DNA from: Meyerozyma guilliermondii
Lineage: Eukaryota
Length of the DNA stretch: 64,000 nucleotides
NCBI GenBank assembly: GCA_051546255.1
Contig: CP128817.1
Location: forward strand, 1,550,001 to 1,614,000
Reading direction: 5' to 3'
In this document: positions 53,040 to 63,410 of the stretch, piece by piece
How positions within the stretch are numbered: the first letter of the stretch is position 1
How the letters are laid out: each line of letters starts with the position of its first letter
Translations under genes and position numbers: made by a program
The notes under the pieces: generated by a model
The model's database searches: none
What the model saw: only the letters and a program-made list of their open reading frames with translations
What the model was told of the DNA's origin: nothing

Positions 53040-55085
53040 CTAGTCAGTGGTAGTGGTATTGGTTCCAGCGGTGGTTCCAGTGGTGGTTCCAATGGTGGTC
53101 GTTATTCCCATATGGTCACAATACTGCTGGAGAAACGTAACGTCAAACTTCAAATCCTTATCGAGTTCTCCGAGCCATTGCTTGAATTCTTCAAGAACTA
53201 TAGGCTCATACGATAAGACTCTTTCGTGCCAAAGTTGATCTTTTTTCACCAGCTCCGAAATTGCACTGTAGATTTGGTTCTTGACTTCTTCGTAGGGCGC
53301 ATCGGGCGTCAAGAGCAGCAGTACACTTGTTCCAGCAATACTGGCTGCCCTGGTGAGCAGCAGGGCCATGCCTTCTTTGCTTCGTTCTGGTGGAAAATCC
53401 AACAGTCTGAGTGCTTGGCGCATCTGAGTAGCTGTATAGTTGCTTGGAACCTCTTGGGTTACTGACGCTATCGATGTTTGCATGGAGGTAAGATCTTCTT
53501 GAAGATTTTCGTTGCCGGGACTAGATGGCACCTGTATGATAGAGGGGCCATCTTCTGCTTCTCCGGTCACTTCTTCGTCTACCGCTTTCAATTCTTCGTC
53601 GTTCACCTCATGGGTAATCTCTATAATACTCACGCTGTGGTCGTCGTCTTCGGAATCTTCCACTTCCGAGCCGTTGACCTTGTCCACGGTGGACACGATT
53701 TTCAAGTCATCGGAAGCTTTGAGATGAAAGTTGCCTGCAACTTCTACTCTAGACGTTTTGAATCTCTTCCTTACAATCTTTTCGTTCACCTCTCTGCCTC
53801 GAACTCTTTTCTGTTTGGTGGGGCTGCTTCTTGCTGTGGAATATACCGATTGCGAAGCATCTAGTCGATCAGGCAGAAGCAATTTGAGTGGAGATACCAT
53901 TAAACGGCCTAATCTTCCTGACCTCAGTGATGGAGAGGACCGAACTGACTCCACCGAGTACTTTCGTGGGGTTTGGAAAATCTCATTGTCTCGGGTGGGC
54001 GAGGAAGAAAGTATAATTTCTTCGTCTTTGACGTTCAGAATTTTAGGGTAGTCTGGCACTACCACAGAAGCTTGCTTCTGAATTGTGCTCTTAACTGGTT
54101 GTTTCTGCGTTTCTAATGTATTAGGAAAAAGGCTCAGTGCCTCGTAAGACGAAATTTCAGCCCTGTTAGTTAATTGCTCTTGAGTATCGTCCAGCAGAAT
54201 CTGAGTTGGCAGCGAAGCGAGTTGTTTTTCTGATTTCTCTTCGTTTTCATTGTCTTCTTCTTCCTCGTCTACTTCGTGTTCTTCCTCAATAATCCCATCG
54301 TTTAGAAGTTGCGTTGGTTCGGGCGAAGAATCCAGGATTATCTCCACATCAGGTTCACTTTTTTCACGCTCTCCCATGGCCTGAGATAGTGTCAAGACAA
54401 ATAATTTTTGGTCTGAATCCTCGTCAACATTGCAAAAACTGGACCCAATATCCATCTGCTCATCATCTAATTCGTAGAGCCATTTCATGTCTTCGTTCAC
54501 CAATCCCTCCTCGGGCAAACTAGCAGCCTGAGTCCAGAGCTGTGGCAGATCGTCATCAGAATTGATATTTTTCAAATGCTCAAGCTTGGTAGTCACATAC
54601 TTTAAGCTCTTTCTCGTTCGAGCTGAGAGTTTGGGAAACCTAAGCTTGATGCGGCGGAGAATTTGAAACCATTCTTCTTGGGTAAATAATTGAGAGCTGT
54701 AGTTTCCAGTATTATCGCTTGGTTGTGGTGTATCATTCGAAACAATATTTCTGTTCTCAAGATCTTCAACTCCTTCAAGAATAGAGCTGATATTGTGCTT
54801 TCGCTTCAAGAAAAAATCTAGTATATCATCATTTTGCTGTCCATTTGAAACCTTATACTGTGCGCTCACGTGTGCGTTGATACTCTTGATTCGATTTCGT
54901 GCCTTTCTGTTGGTCAAAGGTGCACTTTTTACTTTGAAAGAACGAGTTGATTTCGGGGACATTTTTCGAAACTTTGAAAGCGAGGTCAGGATCTTTGAAA
55001 TGTTTTCTCTTTCTTGTGCTTGTGTTTCAAATTCCTCGTAGTTCAGCTGCATATGAATAGACTCGAAATACACATCGTTGCTCAT
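53040..55085 (-). CDS. SLX4: Structure-specific endonuclease scaffold Slx4
   Basis: Acidic SP-rich body, SAP-like helix (YTATQMRQALR) and C-terminal CCD (WHERVLSYEPIVLEEF...LQQYCDHMGI). Confidence 0.8.
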   Translation of the reverse strand: MSNDVYFESIHMQLNYEEFETQAQERENISKILTSLSKFRKMSPKSTRSFKVKSAPLTNRKARNRIKSINAHVSAQYKVSNGQQNDDILDFFLKRKHNISSILEGVEDLENRNIVSNDTPQPSDNTGNYSSQLFTQEEWFQILRRIKLRFPKLSARTRKSLKYVTTKLEHLKNINSDDDLPQLWTQAASLPEEGLVNEDMKWLYELDDEQMDIGSSFCNVDEDSDQKLFVLTLSQAMGEREKSEPDVEIILDSSPEPTQLLNDGIIEEEHEVDEEEEDNENEEKSEKQLASLPTQILLDDTQEQLTNRAEISSYEALSLFPNTLETQKQPVKSTIQKQASVVVPDYPKILNVKDEEIILSSSPTRDNEIFQTPRKYSVESVRSSPSLRSGRLGRLMVSPLKLLLPDRLDASQSVYSTARSSPTKQKRVRGREVNEKIVRKRFKTSRVEVAGNFHLKASDDLKIVSTVDKVNGSEVEDSEDDDHSVSIIEITHEVNDEELKAVDEEVTGEAEDGPSIIQVPSSPGNENLQEDLTSMQTSIASVTQEVPSNYTATQMRQALRLLDFPPERSKEGMALLLTRAASIAGTSVLLLLTPDAPYEEVKNQIYSAISELVKKDQLWHERVLSYEPIVLEEFKQWLGELDKDLKFDVTFLQQYCDHMGITTTIGTTTGTTAGTNTTTTD

Positions 55086-55185
55086 AGATCAAAAGTAGCT
55101 TGTTAAACTTGGCTTGGATCACGTCTCATCGACCGCGTTTACTGTGGGTGTATTGGGTCTATCACTCAAATGGCACCTATATACG

Positions 55186-56883
55186 CTATGAGTTCTTGAT
55201 CTCGGTCTTGATGGTCCATTTCCCGGCTTTCTTGTCATAAGATGCAACCTGTTGCACCGTGTGCTTGATAATAGACTTTGTGTATGATTTGAACTGCTTT
55301 TGACAAAGTTCAACTAGGGTTCCAATGGTGAAGTCGCTGTTCAGCTCAATGAACGAAATAAGCTGTTTAACAGTATCTTTGTCGGTGATAACAGGCTTGT
55401 GTGGAGTGAGTGTATTAACCTGCTTGGAGTCCTTCGTTTCCCCTACGACTGGGGATACAGTCTGTGGATTTACCTCTTCTAGAGTCTTTCTTGGACCACT
55501 TTCCTTTTCCCAGTAATTTTTAAATGGATCAATGGGAAACTGCAAATGTTTTGTCAAGTTGTGATACCTCATGTCCAGAAATGCATCAATTGTTCCGTCA
55601 TTCCACTTATTGATACTTATTAAAGGTCCCATGAACTTTGTTCTCTTCTTCTTAGTGTCGTTAGAATCAACGAAATCCTCCATTTCGTCTTCCTCGATCT
55701 CTTCATCATCCTCTTCTTCGTCATCCTCATTATCAATGTCTTCTCCTTCTCCTTCCTCCTCTCCATTCCACTCTAAATCTGAATCGTAATCGTAGTCCAA
55801 TCCGGTATTGGCAGTACTCAATGGGTCAGATAGGGTAATGCTCTGATGCTCTTCTGAGCACCAAGTACCTATATATGGCGGCTTGGCGTTCTCGTAGAAG
55901 TGAAGGTATTTGATGGGTGAGAGGTGGCTCAACATGGAGTATATTTGAGATTCTGTCACTTCTGACGAGTTGAGTGCATTCACGATCTCGATGGGAGGGG
56001 TGTGCTTTCTTGGTTTTTCAAGTTGGACGGCGCTATTGGATGGGAATAAGTTATCCAACGTGATTTCGGTTCCAATTGTGATTGAATCAAGATACATTTT
56101 AGACGCAGTCAAAGAGTCGTGATCAAGCTGACCGCTCGGTGCAAGCACTGTATTGTTCTTCTTGAAAAACGGCAAAAACATCTCATCGTATACAGAGAGG
56201 GACGCTTCTTTTGCAGAACCTGTATCTGATATTTGGCTCGATGGAGTGGCTCCAATTTGGAAAAAATTAGAAATCTTCATCTGACTTCGATCTTCTTGTG
56301 CCTTTTTCTTATCTTCTTCCTTGCGTTCCTTCTCCTCCATAATCTTTCTTTTCTTCTCTTGTCGGTCCCTTTCTTTTTCTTCTCGTTCCAACTGGCGTTT
56401 CCGTTTTTCCTGCTCCTTCTTCTGTTCTCGTTCGAGTCGCTCTTCTTCCTTTCTTTTTTCCTTTTCCTTGCGCTCTAGCTCTCTTTTCATTTCTCGTTCC
56501 TGCTTTTCCCTCTCCTTCTTCTGTTCGCGTTCGAGCTTTTCCTGTTCTTTTCTACGACGTTCTTCTTCCTTTTTCTGCTCACGCTCGAGCTTTTCTCGCT
56601 CTTTTTGAAGCTCTTTCATTCGTTTTTCTTCCTGCTTTCTCATCCTTGCTTCTTCCTGTTCAATTGCCTTCATTCTCTGCTTTTCCTCGCGCGAAAGTGC
56701 CTTATTGGCTTCGCTGGGCAGCTGTCCCGAAGACTCGGGAGTGGTCATTCTGACTTCAATTTTGTTGGAATTCTGTTCTTGGATTGTAGGATTATTTTCT
56801 TGATTCGTAGGTTGCTTTATGTTCTCCTGGTATATACTACCCTTTTCAGGAGTCAAGGTAGGGGATGTCAAAACACCACTCAT
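55186..56883 (-). CDS. RLF2: Chromatin assembly factor-1 large subunit (Cac1/Rlf2)
   Basis: KER coiled coil, PIP box QMKISNFF, KYLHFYENAKPPYIGTW, DYDYDSDLEW, acidic tract and C-terminal WHD. Start is ATG 56883 or 56748. Confidence 0.92.
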   Translation of the reverse strand: MSGVLTSPTLTPEKGSIYQENIKQPTNQENNPTIQEQNSNKIEVRMTTPESSGQLPSEANKALSREEKQRMKAIEQEEARMRKQEEKRMKELQKEREKLEREQKKEEERRRKEQEKLEREQKKEREKQEREMKRELERKEKEKRKEEERLEREQKKEQEKRKRQLEREEKERDRQEKKRKIMEEKERKEEDKKKAQEDRSQMKISNFFQIGATPSSQISDTGSAKEASLSVYDEMFLPFFKKNNTVLAPSGQLDHDSLTASKMYLDSITIGTEITLDNLFPSNSAVQLEKPRKHTPPIEIVNALNSSEVTESQIYSMLSHLSPIKYLHFYENAKPPYIGTWCSEEHQSITLSDPLSTANTGLDYDYDSDLEWNGEEEGEGEDIDNEDDEEEDDEEIEEDEMEDFVDSNDTKKKRTKFMGPLISINKWNDGTIDAFLDMRYHNLTKHLQFPIDPFKNYWEKESGPRKTLEEVNPQTVSPVVGETKDSKQVNTLTPHKPVITDKDTVKQLISFIELNSDFTIGTLVELCQKQFKSYTKSIIKHTVQQVASYDKKAGKWTIKTEIKNS

Positions 56884-57063
56884 GATTCTCACGACGCGTA
56901 ACTTAATGGCCTTCGCACAAAGTGTTGACTCGGGGTGCATATAAGCAAGTTGCAACAAAATGCGAATCAGCTATGCGATCTCACTTAATTAATGCTACAT
57001 TTCCTTTTTTTCTCTCGTTACATTTATTAACTTTTCGTAATCTCTAGTTTACAACGCTAGCAT

Positions 57064-59517
57064 CTAGCGATAATCAGGAATATCCAAGTGGAAAAATGGA
57101 GTATTCGTACCCACAGCAGCGTAATAATCAGACTGGTCAAGCGCCTGCTCCAAGTCGTCTGGTCTTTCTCCATTGACAGCAATGTTCACATAAGTGGTAT
57201 CACTTACAATTCCATCCTTTCCATAGGTTCCAAACCCAGCATTGATCAATCCACGTCTAATCCAAGGCGAAAGAATGCCCGAAAAATGAAACTCAACTTC
57301 CCTGTCGGCGTACTTATTCATTGCTTTACGCAAATCCACAAGTGCTTGGATACTAGTGACATCGATCGAGGCCACGGTGGAGAAATCCAAATGGATAATC
57401 CGCAAAATTGGCCTTTTGTCTTCAACATAGTCTTCTTCCTTCAGTCCAAATTTGTCTTGCCAGAATGGTAATCTCCATCTTAATGGACCTGGATCGTTCC
57501 AGGGTCTTGTACCCCATCCACCATTGTCGTATGGAATCCCTCTTCTGGTTAATCTCTTGACTTCATCGGAAATACGGTCCACTTGTCGGGAGGAATTGGG
57601 GTAGGTGAATGATTCTACCGGCTTGAAAACAATGACTCCCGGAGGTGGTGGTCTTACATTCAAATTGTCGTTGACATTTCTGTTGTTCAATGGGACCCAT
57701 CTTGTGTGGAACTTGATTTTGCTGTTTTTGATGGCCTCGGCGGTGTTGGCTGGCTTTGCTAGTATCTTTTTGTCTGTCTTGGTGCTGTCGTAGTTGGAGT
57801 GAGTGCTGATGATTTGGTGGATTTCAATGTCGTTTGAAGAGTTGGACGAAGCAGAAGAGTCGTTGTTATCATAGTGTTCCTTGGTTGTCTTCAAAGCCTT
57901 GTCTTCGCTTTCTTCGATGAGAGGATTGACCACTTCTCCGACCAAAATTCTACCCAAAAAGTATCCATTGGGGAAAGCAACACGGAAAAGCAACACGGCA
58001 GCAGAAGCACAAATGGCAAAGTAGACTCCGTTCTCGATGGATGAGAATACAGTGATGAACACAGCAACCAAGAAAATACCAGCATCCAATGGACTGATGG
58101 TCCAGAAGTTCCAGGTGACCTTGTAACTTGCAATCAAGTCAGACACAGCATGGATAATCACAGCACATAATGTGGCCTTGGGAATATAGTAGAAAGCCAG
58201 GGTCAAACAGTAAAGGGCCAACAAGACAACGGCACCAGTGAAAATACCAGCAAGTGGAGTTTTCACACCACACTTGGCTTTTAAAGCGGATCTGGAAAAC
58301 GACCCGGTGGCTGGGTAGGCGTTGAAAAAGGTACCGATCAAGTTATTGACACCAATAGCGATCAATTCTTGGTCGGGAATGACCTTGTAGTCATTGATTC
58401 TTCCGAAAGATTTGGAGATGGCAATGTGCTCCAATAATAAAATAATGGTGGAAACAGGAATCTCAGACGCCATGGCAGATACGATCCCGTGTGGGACTGT
58501 CATGACACCCACATGTCTCAAGCCTGAAGGGACGGTACCAATGGTGGAAATTGGAGGTTTGAATTTATCAGCTGGTCCGTTATAGGCCACCTTTTTAGGA
58601 TGGACAATACCCCAAGAAATGGCAGTTGCAACAATAATGATGATGGCATTTCTCAATTGCTGGGTATAGAAGAACCAAGCTTTGTAACGTGGGTATCTTT
58701 TTTGGCCTAGTTCCGTGAGATATTTCCACAAGTACAACAAGAACAACGGTACCAATCCAAACGCGGCATCTTTGTTTGTGTGTTTCAAGTTTTTCAATGT
58801 GTCAATAACCACCTTGTAGGAAGCAGCTCTGGTGTTGACAAGCTTGTTAAATCCCATTAATCCTGGCACCTGGCCAACAATGATACTGAAAGCAGAACCC
58901 GACATGAATCCCATAACAGCTGGAATGGAAATAAATTCCAAAATAAAACCCAATCTTAAAACACCGATACCAGCAGCGATTCCACCACAAATAAGCGACA
59001 AGAAAGTGGCAATGATAGCAGGTGCATACTTGTCGCCTTCTTTATCTTGGACACGAGCAATAACCTTACCAACTTGTAAAGACATCACAGCCACGGGACC
59101 AATGGAAACATCTTTCGACGTTGCGAAAAAAGAATAGATGAAAACACCAACAAAAGAAGAATATAATCCGTATTGAGGTGCCAATCCGGCAAGTTGAGCG
59201 TATGACATCGATTGTGGAACCAACACCACTCCAACAGTTACACCGGCAACTATGTCACTGTAAGCCCATCTTGGATTATAATGCAAAATCCATTGTGCAA
59301 TAGGGAAAAGAGAGATCAAATAGTGTTTGATTCTTCCCAATGGATCGTTGAAAACCAGTTTTCCCCAGTCAATAACTGTGACTTCTCTTTCTTCATATTC
59401 TGGTACTACTACATTGTGCCTGACGTCGGCATGGTTGATTATATCTGTCTGCTCCTCAAATTGATGCAGACGACGGGAGTCGTACGCCTGAAGGTGGGGC
59501 ACTTCTGATTCGGGCAT
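57064..59517 (-). CDS. SUL2: SLC26/SulP sulfate permease with STAS domain
   Basis: DIVAGVTVGVVLVPQSMSYA, YGLYSSF, TSKDVSIGP, ATGSFSRS, STAS HLDFSTVASID. SUL1 versus SUL2 not resolvable. Confidence 0.93.
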   Translation of the reverse strand: MPESEVPHLQAYDSRRLHQFEEQTDIINHADVRHNVVVPEYEEREVTVIDWGKLVFNDPLGRIKHYLISLFPIAQWILHYNPRWAYSDIVAGVTVGVVLVPQSMSYAQLAGLAPQYGLYSSFVGVFIYSFFATSKDVSIGPVAVMSLQVGKVIARVQDKEGDKYAPAIIATFLSLICGGIAAGIGVLRLGFILEFISIPAVMGFMSGSAFSIIVGQVPGLMGFNKLVNTRAASYKVVIDTLKNLKHTNKDAAFGLVPLFLLYLWKYLTELGQKRYPRYKAWFFYTQQLRNAIIIIVATAISWGIVHPKKVAYNGPADKFKPPISTIGTVPSGLRHVGVMTVPHGIVSAMASEIPVSTIILLLEHIAISKSFGRINDYKVIPDQELIAIGVNNLIGTFFNAYPATGSFSRSALKAKCGVKTPLAGIFTGAVVLLALYCLTLAFYYIPKATLCAVIIHAVSDLIASYKVTWNFWTISPLDAGIFLVAVFITVFSSIENGVYFAICASAAVLLFRVAFPNGYFLGRILVGEVVNPLIEESEDKALKTTKEHYDNNDSSASSNSSNDIEIHQIISTHSNYDSTKTDKKILAKPANTAEAIKNSKIKFHTRWVPLNNRNVNDNLNVRPPPPGVIVFKPVESFTYPNSSRQVDRISDEVKRLTRRGIPYDNGGWGTRPWNDPGPLRWRLPFWQDKFGLKEEDYVEDKRPILRIIHLDFSTVASIDVTSIQALVDLRKAMNKYADREVEFHFSGILSPWIRRGLINAGFGTYGKDGIVSDTTYVNIAVNGERPDDLEQALDQSDYYAAVGTNTPFFHLDIPDYR

Positions 59518-59584
59518 TGGAAATGATCCTGAGGCAAATGATGACTAAAACGACAAACTTTTCGTTGGTGAAAAAAGTAAAAGT

Positions 59585-59949
59585 GTCACAGTTAGGGACC
59601 TGCCGTGTGTCGATGCCAATTAAAAATGCTTCTAAAGGATTATGCTTTGGTTAAATAGTGCTAAAATGCAAACTGTGATCCACTGTCAAGTATGAAAAAT
59701 ATTTTTATTGCTTAAAGCTGTGGCACAGTTGCAACCTTTATTAAGTGCATAATCCACAGTTTGTCAACGCACGTGACCAAATTCGGAACAGTGGAAATTG
59801 GCCTGGTAAGGGATTTTATCGGCAGCGGAGTTGGCTGGTATATACGCGAGAGTTTTACGGACACTCCGGACCAGTTTTAGCTACTCAAATGGTCTACGAG
59901 CCGAAATTTAATGGGGCAGGAATTGACACATCTTTGCTGTAGTCACGTG
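59585..59949. promoter_or_regulatory. Sulfur-regulon promoter with Met31/32 and Cbf1 sites
   Basis: AAACTGTGG (minus, 59754-59762) lies 7 bp from GTCACGTG (minus, 59770-59777). Also GTCACGTG at 59942, AAACTGTGA at 59670 and CTGTGGC at 59718. Confidence 0.78.
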
Positions 59950-60159
59950 CTGTGCTGCAATTTTGCAACTAAATTCCATGCAATATTATCTAATACGATT
60001 GCGAAATGAAAAGCACCAAGGGTTATATGTAAGCCACAGCCGTGCTGAAACGGCTGATATTCGTAGATTGGAGTGATTAAGCGACGCACACTTGATCCGC
60101 GTCAGGTATTGCCGATCGCCTAAATGAGCATAAACTGAAATTTATTCATCTAATTCTAG

Positions 60160-62364
60160 TTACTTTGCAGCCAAATTTTCCTTCTCCACCTCGTCTACCA
60201 TATCTCTGTAGGTTCTTTGAGTCTTGCATTGTTCCAAGAAAATCTTGTACTTCGCAGCCAATAATTTTCTATCAGGATGGGTAGGACTAGAAGGTGTAAT
60301 AACTCTACCTGGACCAGTCATACGCTCCATAATTTTCCATAATTTGTCTCCAGGCTTACCATCTTTTTTGTCCTTTTTGTCGGCGGCTGACAATGGTTTA
60401 ATTCCCATTCTTTCTAATTTCTGAGACAATCCCTGTTGAACATTCTGCTTCGAACCGAAAGAAAGTGTTTGCTCATCGTCAGAATCGGATTCCTCTTCTT
60501 TCTTAGATTGAGTAGCCTGGTTGAAGTAGTCGGTTTCTTCAGCCATTGGTGTCATTGTGGGGAATTGATGGTGGCTTCCACTCTGTGTGCTGGCGTAGGC
60601 CAACGCTGTCATGTTAGTGCTTGAAGCCGTGGCTGTTGGTGCAGTGTAAGGAGAATGAGGACCGTCGATGTTGGTCAAGTTGGACTGCGACTTTTGGTTC
60701 GAAAGAATAGACGATCTTCTGGATCTCTTCCTGTCGTGAATATGCTCCAACACTGCGTCTTCTGAAGCAACAGCACCTAACAACGCCGATCCAAACACAA
60801 CAGCGGCATCGATGTATCTTGGAATCACAATGGGCAATCCTGTGCAATCAGCCAACAACCGCATCAACAATCCGTTTCTACACTGACCACCGCTCATGAA
60901 CACACAGTCGATCTTGTGGCCACTATTCTCCATTTCTTCGATAATTTGCCTGGTTTGCTGGGCAATAAACTCACAAGCTCCAAAGTACTGGATAGCAAGA
61001 TCTTGGACAGAAGTGTCCATTGATTGTCCAATGATAGATGCCTTCATTCTGGGATCTGCCACGGGCGATCTGTTGCCATGGAAGTCTCCGTAAAAGAACA
61101 TATGTTTGGCCAAACTGACCACCGATCTGCTTTTGGTCTCAGAAACCATCGTCTCCAAAGTCAAGTTGAGGTAGTCAAATTTTGAGAGATTTGAAGCTTC
61201 CGACAATCTGGATAACTCGGTGGTAGCTGGGTGGATCGCCAACACATGAGCCAACAACGCACCAGTGCACGATTGACCACCTTCCGCACACCAGTAGCCG
61301 GGAGCCATGACATCTTTATATGGGCCCCAAACACCGTTGACAAAACAAGGTTCCTTGGTCATGGCAATGTGACATGTAGAAGTACCTGCCACGGCTGCTA
61401 GACGGCCACAAGAAATGGCAATGCCTTCTTCTTTAGAATCGGACAAAGAAGGAATATCAGCTTTGGCAGCAACGGTTCCGATCCAACCAGCATAAGCATC
61501 GATTACACCGCTTCCAACGATACATTCGGTGGTCAATCCCAATTCGTCAGCAGCTTGAGAGTTCAACTTGCCGACAATGTCTCCGGCACTCAACCAAGTA
61601 GCGCCAGAAGCCGGAGAGCCTCCGAGTCTTCTAAAGTTGTCCTCGACCAATTCTGGAAGGTCAAGCAGCTCCAAGAACTCCTTGGACCACCCGGTTTCGG
61701 ACCCATCTACTCCGAGCGGAACAAAACCCTGTTTGCAGACGGTGGAACAGAACGAACGAGCTTCGGAGCCAGTGGCTCTATGGGTCAAAAAGTCCGCCAA
61801 ATCGTAGAACTTGCAGTCGTCAATTCCACCGGGAAGATTGTGTTTGAGCCACTTCATCTTAGGAAGTTCCATTTCAATGGACATTTGTCCACCAACGTAC
61901 TTTAAGCACTTGTCACCGGTAGCATTGATGGTGTTAGTTTCGTCCACGGCACGATGGTCCATCCACAAGATAATGTTTTCATGGTTATCGGTAAAGTCTG
62001 GTCCCACACCGACCGGCTCGTCAGTAGATTCTCTAAGCACCACTAAAGAACAAGTAGCATCAAATCCAATTCCAAAGATATCAGCTGGGTCCACCCCCGA
62101 TTCCAGAATTGCTCTTTTGACACAGAAACAAATGGCATTCCAGATCTCTGTACTGTTCTGAGTGATATAATTAGGCTTTAACTCGTGTCTAGTAATCGGC
62201 CGTTCACTTAATCCGAGGATAATTCCGTTGGTATCAATCACACAAGCCCGAGCCGAACCGGTTCCCACATCTACCCCTACATAGTAGACGTCAGGTTGAG
62301 GGGGGTTTTGTTGAAAGAAAAGGGAAGACTTGCGACTGGAAAGGTTAAGATTGGATTTGCCCAT
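60160..62364 (-). CDS. FGGY carbohydrate kinase (YDR109C-like D-ribulokinase)
   Basis: YYVGVDVGTGSARA, GIGFDATCSL, WMDHRA, IDAYAG, AGTSTCH, DFHGNRSP, SGGQCRN. ATG at 62364. Confidence 0.92.
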   Translation of the reverse strand: MGKSNLNLSSRKSSLFFQQNPPQPDVYYVGVDVGTGSARACVIDTNGIILGLSERPITRHELKPNYITQNSTEIWNAICFCVKRAILESGVDPADIFGIGFDATCSLVVLRESTDEPVGVGPDFTDNHENIILWMDHRAVDETNTINATGDKCLKYVGGQMSIEMELPKMKWLKHNLPGGIDDCKFYDLADFLTHRATGSEARSFCSTVCKQGFVPLGVDGSETGWSKEFLELLDLPELVEDNFRRLGGSPASGATWLSAGDIVGKLNSQAADELGLTTECIVGSGVIDAYAGWIGTVAAKADIPSLSDSKEEGIAISCGRLAAVAGTSTCHIAMTKEPCFVNGVWGPYKDVMAPGYWCAEGGQSCTGALLAHVLAIHPATTELSRLSEASNLSKFDYLNLTLETMVSETKSRSVVSLAKHMFFYGDFHGNRSPVADPRMKASIIGQSMDTSVQDLAIQYFGACEFIAQQTRQIIEEMENSGHKIDCVFMSGGQCRNGLLMRLLADCTGLPIVIPRYIDAAVVFGSALLGAVASEDAVLEHIHDRKRSRRSSILSNQKSQSNLTNIDGPHSPYTAPTATASSTNMTALAYASTQSGSHHQFPTMTPMAEETDYFNQATQSKKEEESDSDDEQTLSFGSKQNVQQGLSQKLERMGIKPLSAADKKDKKDGKPGDKLWKIMERMTGPGRVITPSSPTHPDRKLLAAKYKIFLEQCKTQRTYRDMVDEVEKENLAAK

Positions 62365-62863
62365 AATTGATGAAAAGAAATGGATAATGGAGCAAGTTGA
62401 CCGGCTGCAGAGCAACGGGGACGGTGCAGGAATAGCGTCACGGTGCGTTATCCGGGGAGATTAGCATACAGGAAAGAAAAAAGAGAGGAGATCTTAAAAG
62501 AGAAAAGTGGAAAAAAGGAATGGAACGAAAGGATTGGAAGGATTGGATAGGGGGTAGATTGCAATTAGCAATGATATGAAGTACGAGTAATATTTAAGAA
62601 TTCGAGAAAATCTCATGGTAGTGAAGTAGAAACTGATAAACCCTCAGATAGTCTAGTGTCGTGTGTGTTGTGCTAAGGTAGTGTTAAGGTAATTACTCAC
62701 ATTTCATAGGTTGACAGATCTAGTGCCGATCCCCAGTCAATTTAAATTCGCAATCGCACTCTCACATTTTCAACTCTCTCACTGATTCTCACTGTTTCTC
62801 TCTTCTTCTATTCTCTTTTTCTCTCTTTGTTTCTCCCTCTATACTATGGTACACTATCCTACA

Positions 62864-63286
62864 TCAGCTTTGATACTTGGCCACCGCATCCACCAAAAAG
62901 TCAAATTGCTCCGTCTTTTCCACCGCAGCTCGAATATGCGCCGCTCCTATACGCCGGACTCCACTCTTCTTCGCCTCCAACGCAGACACCTCCACCAAGT
63001 TGGCAATGAAAATCTCCAACGCTCGCCCCACCACCACCGGCGTGGCCTGCGCAACCTTGCCAATTTCTTCATCAGATTGCATGATCTTTTTTATCCGTGC
63101 GGCGGGAAAATGGGTCTTGATTCTGTCGAAAGAATCGATAATTGTCAGCTGGGTTACAGACGTCTGTTCGGGTTCCAGGCTGGGTTCCACACTGGGCTCC
63201 ACACTGGATTCCAAACTGGGCTCAACCTTTGGAACCACGGGCTCCTCCGGCTCGACCGGATTCATAATACTATGTATATCCGCCAT
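62864..63286 (-). CDS. BUR6: NC2 alpha histone-fold subunit
   Basis: IKTHFPAARIKKIMQSDEEIGKVAQATPVVVGRALEIF...EQFDFL, with N-terminal EPS[LV] repeats. Start is ATG 63286 or 63265. Confidence 0.92.
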   Translation of the reverse strand: MADIHSIMNPVEPEEPVVPKVEPSLESSVEPSVEPSLEPEQTSVTQLTIIDSFDRIKTHFPAARIKKIMQSDEEIGKVAQATPVVVGRALEIFIANLVEVSALEAKKSGVRRIGAAHIRAAVEKTEQFDFLVDAVAKYQS

Positions 63287-63410
63287 AAATCGCTGTTTCC
63301 ATTGTCGTGCCGCAGGCTGCGAAATTGCCTGCTTAAATATTGCGGTGCGTCGTGCCGCTACCGATGCCTCCCGCCGATAAAAACCCACCTGGGCGCGCGT
63401 TGTTTGTTTT

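Noticed and set aside
56290..56690. Long pyrimidine-rich repetitive tract
   Set aside because: It is the coding sequence of the Cac1 KER coiled coil, not an independent repeat.
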